Shown here: in pieces, positions 17,677 to 26,219 of the stretch | Layout: every line of letters starts with the position of its first letter | How positions within the stretch are numbered: position 1 is the first letter of the stretch | Assembly: GCA_038874075.1 (NCBI GenBank) | Contig: JAVZDD010000002.1 | Location: 4,605-68,604 of the forward strand | Origin: Candidatus Nanoarchaeia archaeon | GTDB taxonomy: Archaea; Nanobdellota; Nanobdellia; Jingweiarchaeales; Jingweiarchaeaceae | Reading direction: 5' to 3' | Length of the DNA stretch: 64,000 nucleotides | Translations under genes and position numbers: made by a program | Notes under the pieces: generated by a model | What the model was told of the DNA's origin: nothing | Seen by the model: the letters and a program-made list of their open reading frames with translations, nothing else | Database searches by the model: none

Positions 17677-18990
17677 CTATTCTTCTTCAGAAATCGCAAT
17701 TGGTTCTTCTCCACCATGCCAACTTGTTCTTGGTCTTACTTGGATTGGATATATCCTTTCTTGAGTGTCATCAAGCGCGATCGCAGCACCCTTCAATCTT
17801 GGTAATTCTGAAATATATCTTTCAAGTGCGTATGGCAAATAACTCTGCATGATGTTGTTTAGTGCATTTATGTCTTCCTTTGATGTTACTCGGTGGGAAA
17901 TTACCAGATCACACTGAGAAATCACATCCCCGCTTAATTTACCTGGCTGTTGCGATGCTAACACAAGTGAAACTCCAGGTTGCCTACCTTCCCTGATCAC
18001 TTGTACGAGTGCATCAGTGGCTAATGTCTTTCCTTTTGCTGGAATAAATTCATGAGCCTCGTCTAGAAAAATCCAAACAAGAGGTACTTCTTTTTTTGCT
18101 TGCTCCTTGTATCTCTTTCCAAAAGCTGTGAATCCACCCTCTATCTCACTCAATTCCTCAATCTTTCTAGCGATTGTTCTGTGTTCTAATATTTTTTTTG
18201 TTATAATTCCTATTACGAGTGCTCTCAGGTTAAATCCACCCATTACCTGAGTATAATAAGAAATATCAAGTACTGTGATCTTACCCCTTTCCAACAAATT
18301 ATCCACTTTCGTCCCTTCCTTTTCAAAGAGACCCCATTCCTTGATCATGTCTAATTTATTTATCAATGCTAGTTTTGTTTGGTTATCAGCCTTTTCATCA
18401 GCTTCGACTGCTTGTATCACTTCATCAATACCAAATGCACCTTGTTTTTTCATCTTAGTTATTACTCGTTCAACCAATATGCCAATTGGGTCCGTTGACT
18501 CAACACCCATCAGAACACACCAATCTGATGGATTGAGCTCTGAAGTAGCAATCGAAAAAGGTCTGTCCACAGGCACATTTTGTGCCCTAAGTTTCTCAAA
18601 GAAACCATATGGTACATACACGATACATCTATCCGAGTAGTCCTTTGCTTCGAGCCCCCATTGCTCAAGTAATTTAAAATCTCTTCTATTTGGAAACTTT
18701 AATGTCCAATATATTCCCATCGTATCAAGAATAAGAGATGCAATGTTCTCTGATACTTCTGGAGGTAGGTTTGTCATTCCCTCTGCAATTACACCCATCG
18801 TGTAGCTCTTACCTTCACCTCTTTTTCCAGCAATTAATATCACATGTGGCCTGGATACATCAAGAAGCACCGGGTTAGCCAAGCTCTTTACCTTTTCCAT
18901 TGTTACATAATGTTTTGCCAAGAAAATAGTGCCTTTCGTGCCGTATTTATCCAAGTCTTTTTGTCTTCTACCCAAGATTATTTCATACAT
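17677..18990 (-). CDS. HerA/FtsK-superfamily P-loop ATPase (DUF87-like)
   Basis: Walker A HVILIAGKRGEGKSYT and Walker B VWIFLDEAHEFIP (hhhhDEAH type). Confidence 0.5.
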   Translation of the reverse strand: MYEIILGRRQKDLDKYGTKGTIFLAKHYVTMEKVKSLANPVLLDVSRPHVILIAGKRGEGKSYTMGVIAEGMTNLPPEVSENIASLILDTMGIYWTLKFPNRRDFKLLEQWGLEAKDYSDRCIVYVPYGFFEKLRAQNVPVDRPFSIATSELNPSDWCVLMGVESTDPIGILVERVITKMKKQGAFGIDEVIQAVEADEKADNQTKLALINKLDMIKEWGLFEKEGTKVDNLLERGKITVLDISYYTQVMGGFNLRALVIGIITKKILEHRTIARKIEELSEIEGGFTAFGKRYKEQAKKEVPLVWIFLDEAHEFIPAKGKTLATDALVQVIREGRQPGVSLVLASQQPGKLSGDVISQCDLVISHRVTSKEDINALNNIMQSYLPYALERYISELPRLKGAAIALDDTQERIYPIQVRPRTSWHGGEEPIAISEEE

Positions 18991-19051
18991 AATTAAATTA
19001 TAGAATTGTACATATTAAAATTTATTTATATAAGATGTATTAATCATTTAT

Positions 19052-19135
19052 GCCAGGTTGGCTGAGCGGTTAAAGCGCTAGCCTCGAAAGCTAGTGGAGC
19101 TTTGCTCCTCGCAGGTTCGAATCCTGCACCTGGCG
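19052..19135 (+). tRNA. tRNA-Ser (anticodon CGA)
   Basis: Acceptor stem GCCAGGT/ACCTGGC, anticodon arm CTAGC-CTCGAAA-GCTAG, long variable arm, T-arm GCAGG-TTCGAAT-CCTGC, discriminator G. Confidence 0.8.
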
Positions 19136-19163
19136 GTACTAAAAATTAAAAGAAATCAGATGA

Positions 19164-19526
19164 CTAATCTAAAACAATTTTTAATAATAGATCTTCTACG
19201 GCTGCTTTGAATTTTTTTAAATCTCCTTCTAAAAATGCTTTATCTATGTTTTCAAAGGTACTTTCGTAGTATCTGCTAAGTATATTATCTGGATTTGTTG
19301 GGTCATAGTAATATTTGTTCCTTTGCATTTTTTTAATAACGAGATATACTTTATCCATGTTTTTCTTTGTGATTTTAACTGGATGTATCTCGCCCAATCC
19401 TAATTTCGAGCCCCACCATTCTTTTCCAGTTATTGCGTGATAAACACTCCATTTCCCGAGCGTATCTTTCTCCAATGCTTCGTCAAGTAGTGTTTCTAAC
19501 TTACTTTTTTTGACCATTATCATCAC
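19164..19526 (-). CDS. Hypothetical protein
   Basis: 120 aa ORF; no recognisable motif. Confidence 0.4.
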   Translation of the reverse strand: MMIMVKKSKLETLLDEALEKDTLGKWSVYHAITGKEWWGSKLGLGEIHPVKITKKNMDKVYLVIKKMQRNKYYYDPTNPDNILSRYYESTFENIDKAFLEGDLKKFKAAVEDLLLKIVLD

Positions 19527-19622
19527 CTTTTATAATGAATGTCCATTTATTTATAAATTTTACTACTTATAAATAACAACTATTTTTATTATAAACCTAT
19601 TGTTCTTAACTAATTAGAGAAA

Positions 19623-20495
19623 ATGGAGAAAAATTCACTAATCACTGTTATTTCTGAAGAATGTTTGAAACATGAGAACCCATACGAACCAAGTAGTCGA
19701 TTAATACCGATTTATGAATCGAGAAATAGATTTGAATACAAAGAAGCAAAAGAATACGAAGAACAAATACTAAACTTAGTACATTCAAAAAAATACATTC
19801 AAGGAATCAAGGACATGAGAATTGATTCGAGTTCTGATACACCCATTAACCTTCACACATATAACAGTGCGTTATGGGCAGCAAGAGGAGCAGTAACAGC
19901 AGCCGAACTCTTGGATGAGTACAAACATTCATTTGCATTGATAAGACCACCCGGACACCATGCCAGCTTTTCTGGTAGCGTCATTTACCAAATCCCATGG
20001 GGATTTTGTTACTTCAATAATATTGCAATTGCAACAAAATATCTAATCAAAAACAAGAAGGCAGATAGAATTGCAATTTTAGACATGGACTTTCATTATG
20101 GTGAAGGAACTCAAAGTATTTTTAAGGATAATGACAACGTAAGATGCTTCTCAATACATGGAAGAACACACTTTCCTCCAGTCAAAGCATTTTCAGCCGG
20201 AAATTTAAAGAGCTTCACCATCCCAATTGAGAGCACAATTTACATAAAAACACTCAAAAAAGTTTTAGAAGAGATTTTAGAATTCAAACCAGACAGGATT
20301 GGAATTTCAATCGGTCTTGATACACATAAGAGAGATATGTTCGCTGGTAGTATTGGCGAAGGTCTAGAAACGAAAGATTATTATAATATTTTTAATCTGA
20401 TTGACAAATTAGACATAGGATGTTACTGGATATTGGAAGGCGGTTACAATGCCCAAGTGATTAAGGAGGTATTCCTTAATATTTTAAGTGAATGA
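19623..20495 (+). CDS. Histone deacetylase-family (HDAC/AcuC/acetylpolyamine amidohydrolase-like) protein
   Basis: RPPGHHA and DMDFHYGEGTQ motifs of the arginase/deacetylase superfamily. Confidence 0.75.
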   Translation: MEKNSLITVISEECLKHENPYEPSSRLIPIYESRNRFEYKEAKEYEEQILNLVHSKKYIQGIKDMRIDSSSDTPINLHTYNSALWAARGAVTAAELLDEYKHSFALIRPPGHHASFSGSVIYQIPWGFCYFNNIAIATKYLIKNKKADRIAILDMDFHYGEGTQSIFKDNDNVRCFSIHGRTHFPPVKAFSAGNLKSFTIPIESTIYIKTLKKVLEEILEFKPDRIGISIGLDTHKRDMFAGSIGEGLETKDYYNIFNLIDKLDIGCYWILEGGYNAQVIKEVFLNILSE

Positions 20496-20899
20496 AAATG
20501 AAAAAAGAAGTACAAACAGTCACATCTCTTTTAAAGTATAAGAATAAAATTTTATTATTAAAAAGATCACAAAGAGTTGGTTTCTATGCAGGTAAGTGGG
20601 CAGGAGTGAGTGGTTTCTTAGAAGAGGGTGAGATTCCTGAGGAAAGAGCTAAGATAGAAATTTTTGAAGAGACTGGATTAAAAGGAAAAATTTTGAAAAA
20701 AGGAAAAGTGATTAAAGTATTTGATAAAGAACTAAATGCTAACGTAGTAATACATCTCTTTTTATTTGAAGTTAAGAAACAAAAAGTAAAGCTAAATTGG
20801 GAGCATGATGATTATGTTTGGATTAAACCAGAAGAGATAAATAAATATGATACAGTTCCAATTTTGAATAGAATATTTAAGATATTATTAAAAAATTAA
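20492..20899 (+). CDS. Nudix hydrolase
   Basis: Nudix-box-like GVSGFLEEGEIPEERAKIEIFEETGL; start overlaps HDAC-like stop (ATGA). Confidence 0.55.
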   Translation: MKMKKEVQTVTSLLKYKNKILLLKRSQRVGFYAGKWAGVSGFLEEGEIPEERAKIEIFEETGLKGKILKKGKVIKVFDKELNANVVIHLFLFEVKKQKVKLNWEHDDYVWIKPEEINKYDTVPILNRIFKILLKN

Positions 20900-22083
20900 T
20901 TTTTGTAATTTTTAAGGAATTCAGCAATTTTCTTAATTCCCTCATTTATCCTTTCTTCATTTTCAGATACGAATGTCAATCTAAAATAACCTTCGTCCTT
21001 TCTCATCCCAAATGCGCTTCCTTGCACAATTGCGACTTTTTTAGTATCCAAAAGCTCACTTACAAATTTAGCATCATCTTTGATTCCTGGGATTCTTACA
21101 AAATAGTAAAATGCTCCATCTGGTTTTACGAAATCAGCTTCCGGTAAATGTTCCTCTAGACTTTTACCCATTGCCTCCATCCTCTTTTTATAAGTTTCAA
21201 CTACGTACTTCGTGTATGCTTCTCTTTTCGCCCTGTTCTCTTCCTTTAAAAATTCTATGATCAATTTTTGTGAAACAACATTTGGACAAATGATATCGTA
21301 TTGATTTGCCTTTATCATTGCATCAATGATATCTTTATTTGCATAGTTATAACCAATCCTCCATTGTGGAGCTGAAGCAGTCTTAGAAAAACTTCTTATA
21401 CCAACCAAATTATCCATGAATTCATTGAATGGTTCAAATTTACCATTGTATGTAATTAAGTAATAAGCTTCATCGCTCAAGATTGCCATCCCATTTTCCT
21501 TTGCAATCTCACCAATTGCACGAACTTCTTTTTTGTTGAGTATTCTTCCTGTTGGATTGTCTGGAGAAATCACGATAATTGCTTTTGTTTTTCCTTTATT
21601 CACTTTTTCATTAAGCTCATCGATGTCAATCCTGAAATTGTTTTCAATACCTGTTCTTATTTCAACCATCTTTGCATTGTTCAATTGAATAAGTCCCGGA
21701 TAGGCAACGTAAGTTGGTAAGATTGTAATTACTTCATCACCTGGATTTATTAATGATTTGAATGCAACACTGATCCCATTGGATGCAGCATTTGTGATTA
21801 ATATGTTTTCCAATGTTAGTTCGAATCCCTCTTCTTTCATACATTCCGCAATTCTTTGTCTGAGTTTTTTAAAACCAGCAGTAGCACAGTAACCCTTGGA
21901 ATTTTTGAGTATCTCACCTGCTTTTTCAAGTAGAAAATCTGGTGGATCTAGACTTGGCTCACCACCACCAAGACCTATGAGCTCTGGATCCTCTTTCAAT
22001 ATCTCAAGTTTTGTAGCGATTTCCCTTATAGGGGAAGCTTTAAGCGAAGAAATAGAGGAAGAAATCGTTGGTTTCATAATCAA
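20896..22083 (-). CDS. PLP-dependent aminotransferase (class I/II, aspartate aminotransferase-like)
   Basis: 395 aa; PLP-lysine region SFSKTASAPQWRIGY, typical fold-type I length. Confidence 0.75.
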   Translation of the reverse strand: MIMKPTISSSISSLKASPIREIATKLEILKEDPELIGLGGGEPSLDPPDFLLEKAGEILKNSKGYCATAGFKKLRQRIAECMKEEGFELTLENILITNAASNGISVAFKSLINPGDEVITILPTYVAYPGLIQLNNAKMVEIRTGIENNFRIDIDELNEKVNKGKTKAIIVISPDNPTGRILNKKEVRAIGEIAKENGMAILSDEAYYLITYNGKFEPFNEFMDNLVGIRSFSKTASAPQWRIGYNYANKDIIDAMIKANQYDIICPNVVSQKLIIEFLKEENRAKREAYTKYVVETYKKRMEAMGKSLEEHLPEADFVKPDGAFYYFVRIPGIKDDAKFVSELLDTKKVAIVQGSAFGMRKDEGYFRLTFVSENEERINEGIKKIAEFLKNYKN

Positions 22084-22129
22084 ACATATTTGAACTCATT
22101 TTATAAATCTTTCTATCACTGTTTAGTAA

Positions 22130-22597
22130 CTATTTTCTTTTAATTTTATTGAGTATCTTTTTAATGAATCTTTTATAGATGACGTCTCTTTCTAATGTTT
22201 CCCAAAAATCAAAAAAGAAGAGATAATTTAGAAAAATTAATACAACATATGTAATCACATCATATGTAATCCTTTCCCAATAATTACCCAATGTGATCAA
22301 TAACCCGATTTCATCAATTATTATACCGAGACCGATGCCATATAGCACTGCGCAAAGTCTTGTGAAGTGTTTTCCGTGATAATGGAGCGTTAAACCACCC
22401 GATAAAATGATTATAAAAATACCAAGGAAAAAGTGATGAATGTGATAACCTCTCCATATTAAGTTAATGTTTGGAAACAACAATACAAATGTTCTTGCAG
22501 CTGCAAAACTTATGAAAAGTGAGACAAAAACGATGAAAGGTATCTCCTTTCTCCTTTTATCCAATTCCTCTTTTATAATTGAGAGTACCCACTGCAT
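22130..22597 (-). CDS. Integral membrane protein
   Basis: 155 aa with about four hydrophobic helices. Confidence 0.4.
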   Translation of the reverse strand: MQWVLSIIKEELDKRRKEIPFIVFVSLFISFAAARTFVLLFPNINLIWRGYHIHHFFLGIFIIILSGGLTLHYHGKHFTRLCAVLYGIGLGIIIDEIGLLITLGNYWERITYDVITYVVLIFLNYLFFFDFWETLERDVIYKRFIKKILNKIKRK

Positions 22598-22720
22598 ATT
22601 AATATTAAGAAATAATCAGTTTAATTATTTTTTTAATTAGAATATATGTGTTTAAACATGAAACGTTATATTTAAAAAGATTTAAATCTTATTAATAGCG
22701 ATATTTTATAGGTAAGCAAA

Positions 22721-23194
22721 ATGCCAGAGGAAAAGAAGATAATCAGAATTGCAGGCACTGACTTAGATGGGAATTTAAAGATAGAGCGAGCGCTTTGGAA
22801 GATTAAGGGCATAGGTAATATGTTCGCGAGAGCAATAAGAACTGCTGGAGGATGGCCTCCAGATAAAAAACTTGGAGAGCTGGATGATAATGAAATAGAG
22901 AAATTAAAAGAGATGATAAGAGATCCGGCTAAATTTGGGATAAAACCATGGCTGCTAAACAGGAGAAGGGACATCGAGACAGGTAAAGACATGCATCTCG
23001 TTTCCTCGGAACTTGAATTTGCCCAAAAAAGTGATATAGAATTCTTAAAGAAAATAAAAGCGAGAAGGGGAATAAGACATATGTTGGGATTGAAGGTTAG
23101 AGGACAGAGAACAAGAAATACAGGGAGAAAAGGTCCTGCTGTTGGTGTTTCAAGAAAAAAGGTACAGCCTGCTAAAGCTTCTAAAAAAGAGTGA
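22721..23194 (+). CDS. rps13: 30S ribosomal protein S13 (uS13)
   Basis: RIAGTDLDGN...KGIGNMFARAI...RGIRHMLGLKVRGQRT signature. Confidence 0.9.
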   Translation: MPEEKKIIRIAGTDLDGNLKIERALWKIKGIGNMFARAIRTAGGWPPDKKLGELDDNEIEKLKEMIRDPAKFGIKPWLLNRRRDIETGKDMHLVSSELEFAQKSDIEFLKKIKARRGIRHMLGLKVRGQRTRNTGRKGPAVGVSRKKVQPAKASKKE

Positions 23195-23199
23195 GTTAA

Positions 23200-23727
23200 A
23201 TGGGTGATCCAAGGACAAGATTAAAAAAGAAGTATGAAAAACCAAAACAAAGATGGCAGAAATTAAGGATTGATAAAGAAGCTGATTTGATTAAAAAGTA
23301 TGGTTTCGTGAATAAGCGAGAAATATGGAAAATGCAGTCTATATTAAGGAAATGGAGACAGCAGGCAAGAAAATTGATTGCCTCAAAAGGTGATCAGGCT
23401 AGAATAGAGAAAGAGCAATTGATATCAAAACTTTCAAAACTAGGTTTGGTAAAAAAGGACGCAAAGCTTGATGATGTACTTGGTTTGGAAATAAATAACT
23501 TATGTGATAGAAGATTGCAAACGATTGTCTTTAATAAAGGACTTGCAAATTCAATAAAACAAGCTAGACAATTCATTGTTCATGGTCACATATCAATCAA
23601 AGATAAAAAAATCAAGTCACCAAATTATCTAGTTCCGATCGATGAGGAAGGATTAGTCATGTTTTCCAAGGGGTCAAAGATAGCCCAAGAACAGCTGAAG
23701 AAAAGTGGTGAAAAAGTTGGAGCCTAA
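23200..23727 (+). CDS. rps4: 30S ribosomal protein S4 (uS4)
   Basis: S4 domain [29 protein letters not shown]; follows rps13. Confidence 0.9.
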   Translation: MGDPRTRLKKKYEKPKQRWQKLRIDKEADLIKKYGFVNKREIWKMQSILRKWRQQARKLIASKGDQARIEKEQLISKLSKLGLVKKDAKLDDVLGLEINNLCDRRLQTIVFNKGLANSIKQARQFIVHGHISIKDKKIKSPNYLVPIDEEGLVMFSKGSKIAQEQLKKSGEKVGA

Positions 23728-24244
23728 TAAAGAAGAGGAGAAGAAGACCGATGAGAAAATAATTGAAAGTGAAAATAAATCAAATGAAGAAAAAATAGAG
23801 GTAAAGGAGAAAGAAGAGACTAAAAAAGAAGAGAAAAAAGCTGAGAGAAAAAAAGAAAAAATTAGGTGGGGTGTTGCCCACATATATGCAAGTTACAATA
23901 ATACAATAATTCATATCACCGACATTACTGGTTCTGAAACATTTGCATTTGCAACAGGAGGTCAAATGGTAAAGGCGGATCGGTTAGGTTCATCTCCAGC
24001 TGCGGCAATGATGGCTGCTAAGAAAGCCGCTGAAATCGCAATGGAGAAAGGTATAAATGCAATCCATATAAAAGTTCGAGCACCTGGAGGCCATGAAGGT
24101 CCAAAGAATCCTGGTCCAGGTACACAAGCAGCGATTAGAGCACTCGCAAGATGTGGATTGAAAATAGGATTCATCGAGGATGTTACACCAATTCCACATG
24201 ACGGATGTAGAAAATCTGGAGGTAAAAGGGGAAGAAGAATGTGA
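23705..24244 (+). CDS. rps11: 30S ribosomal protein S11 (uS11) with K/E-rich N-terminal extension
   Basis: Core [20 protein letters not shown]...[15 protein letters not shown]; only in-frame starts are GTG/TTG at 23705-23719, giving about 50-aa KE-rich extension. Confidence 0.8.
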   Translation: MVKKLEPNKEEEKKTDEKIIESENKSNEEKIEVKEKEETKKEEKKAERKKEKIRWGVAHIYASYNNTIIHITDITGSETFAFATGGQMVKADRLGSSPAAAMMAAKKAAEIAMEKGINAIHIKVRAPGGHEGPKNPGPGTQAAIRALARCGLKIGFIEDVTPIPHDGCRKSGGKRGRRM

Positions 24245-24250
24245 TCAAAA

Positions 24251-25048
24251 ATGAAAATAAAAATATTGGAAGAGAATAATGAAAGATTGAAGTTTATTAT
24301 CGATGGACTCAATATCGAGCTTTTAAATTCATTAAGAAGGATATGTATGTCGGAAGTTCCTGTGATGGCAATAAAAGAGGTTGAATTTAGAAAAAATTCG
24401 AGTGCTTTGTATGACGAAATAATTGCACATCGGCTTGGTTTGATTCCATTGAAAACAGATCTAAAAAGTTATAATTTTGTTAGTGAATGTTCGTGTAAAG
24501 GGAAGACATGTGCAAAGTGTTCAGTTAAACTTTCATTAAAAGAGGTTGGTCCAAAAACAGTTTATGCCAGTGATATGAAATCAACTGATCCTGAAATAAA
24601 ACCAGTTTTTCCAAAGATGCCAATTGTTAAACTTTTGGAAGGACAGGAACTTGAATTCACAGCAATCGCAATTCTTGGAAGGGGAATTGAACACGCTAAG
24701 TTTTCACCTTGTCTTGCCACATATCGCTACTATCCTAAAATTGAAATAGATTCGAAGGCTTGCAATCAGTGTAAAAAATGTGTTGATGCTTGTCCCAAGG
24801 GCATTCTAAGCATTTCTGGCAAAGAAATTGTAATAAACGAAAAAACACTATTGGATTGTGACCTTTGTAGAGCTTGTGAAGATGCTTGCAAACCTAAGGC
24901 AATTAAGCTGATAGATAATCCAAACAAAGTAATATTCGAAATTGAAAGCTGGGGTCAATTAAAGCCAAAAGAGATATTTATAAATGCGATAAGGATAATG
25001 GAAGAGAAACTCAAAGAATTTTCAAGCGCTATTAAAGAAAAGGCTTAA
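24251..25048 (+). CDS. rpoD: DNA-directed RNA polymerase subunit D (Rpo3) with 4Fe-4S motifs
   Basis: Conserved RpoD N-terminus (ELLNSLRRICMSEVPVMAI), ferredoxin-like Cys clusters CNQCKKCVDACP and CDLCRACEDAC. Confidence 0.85.
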   Translation: MKIKILEENNERLKFIIDGLNIELLNSLRRICMSEVPVMAIKEVEFRKNSSALYDEIIAHRLGLIPLKTDLKSYNFVSECSCKGKTCAKCSVKLSLKEVGPKTVYASDMKSTDPEIKPVFPKMPIVKLLEGQELEFTAIAILGRGIEHAKFSPCLATYRYYPKIEIDSKACNQCKKCVDACPKGILSISGKEIVINEKTLLDCDLCRACEDACKPKAIKLIDNPNKVIFEIESWGQLKPKEIFINAIRIMEEKLKEFSSAIKEKA

Positions 25049-25050
25049 TT

Positions 25051-25173
25051 GCGGGGGTAGCGAAGCTAGGTCCAACGCGCAGGACTTAAGTTTAATTACT
25101 TAAGTGATGAGGTCACAATGATATGAAATCCTGTGGCTTAGTGCCCGCGTGGGTTCAAATCCCACCCCCCGCA
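25051..25173 (+). tRNA. tRNA-Leu (anticodon TAA) with about 37-nt intron
   Basis: Acceptor GCGGGGG/CCCCCGC, discriminator A, long variable arm, T-arm GTGGG-TTCAAAT-CCCAC; anticodon stem CAGGA...TCCTG interrupted by about 37 nt (25091-25127 if at canonical 37/38 site). Confidence 0.65.
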
Positions 25174-25253
25174 TATGTCATGAATTCTGTTTTTCAAAAT
25201 AATCGAAAATTTATTTAATCTAGATTAGTGAAGTAATAATTCGAGTGAGTGAT

Positions 25254-26165
25254 ATGCCAACTTTTAGAGAAGTAATGAGTGAAATCAAGAAAATTGACAC
25301 GGACGATGATTGGGACGGGATAGGATCAGCAGCGCAGATAGTCCGTCATTTTAATGGAATAGAAGTAAGCATCAACCATGAAAAAGGTGTTCCTTCTGAT
25401 TCTCACACATTGATATTGGACAAGGATACAGTGGGTGATGGTTGGGTGATAGATCACCATCCAACAAACAAGTCAAGGAATATTTTAATCCTTTGTAAAG
25501 AAGGAAATAAACCCACTGCTACGCTCGTTTACGAAGCACTTCCTAAAAAAGATAAAACAGATCTTTTTATTGCTGCTACTGCTGAAATTACAGATAGCTT
25601 ACATAATATATGCTTAGAAAAAATAAAGAAAGAAAATAAAGATTTGTTCAAAGCGTCTAATTATAAGAACCAATATATGAGAGAGGAGGAAATATTTTCC
25701 ATTGCCTCAGTTTTGGCTTTTTTAAGTAAGCGATATCCATATAAAACATTAGAAATTTCAAAAAATCTTAATCCAAATAAAATAGACAGTGTTGATTCGT
25801 TGATTAATTTATTGAATAATCAAGAGAAAAGTGATGTTAAAAGGTTTTTAAGTTACATGGAGAATTTTAATCCAAGATTTGATTTGATAAGCATAGGAAA
25901 TTATGAGGTTAAAGTTGCAGATGAAAAATGGTTTGAATTCCCAATGTCATCGCTTGAGAGGATGTTGACTGAGAACCCCGGTAATTATGTTTTTTTGAAA
26001 GGTGATAGAGTCAGTATAAGATCCAATGATATTAACTTTATTAATGAAGTTCTTCGAAGATTTCAACCAATAACAGAAAGTTATGGCGGTAGGGTAAACC
26101 AGTTTGGAATAAAGTTGAAAAAGACATTAAACTACGACTCATTCTTAAAGATATTGAATAAATAA
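25254..26165 (+). CDS. DHH-superfamily phosphoesterase-like protein (divergent)
   Basis: DTDDDWDG and VIDHHP motifs resemble DHH motifs I and III; track start 25245 is GTG. Confidence 0.4.
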   Translation: MPTFREVMSEIKKIDTDDDWDGIGSAAQIVRHFNGIEVSINHEKGVPSDSHTLILDKDTVGDGWVIDHHPTNKSRNILILCKEGNKPTATLVYEALPKKDKTDLFIAATAEITDSLHNICLEKIKKENKDLFKASNYKNQYMREEEIFSIASVLAFLSKRYPYKTLEISKNLNPNKIDSVDSLINLLNNQEKSDVKRFLSYMENFNPRFDLISIGNYEVKVADEKWFEFPMSSLERMLTENPGNYVFLKGDRVSIRSNDINFINEVLRRFQPITESYGGRVNQFGIKLKKTLNYDSFLKILNK

Positions 26166-26219
26166 AATTATCTGGAAAATTTTAATACTAATATTGCTTA
26201 ATTATTAATTAGAACTCAG

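Noticed and set aside
23394-24312. Multiple antisense ORFs (23394..23576, 23674..23883, 23780..23965, 23962..24312, 23990..24199)
   Set aside because: Antisense to the rps4/rps11 genes and generated by the AAG/GAA-rich low-complexity region; no independent support.
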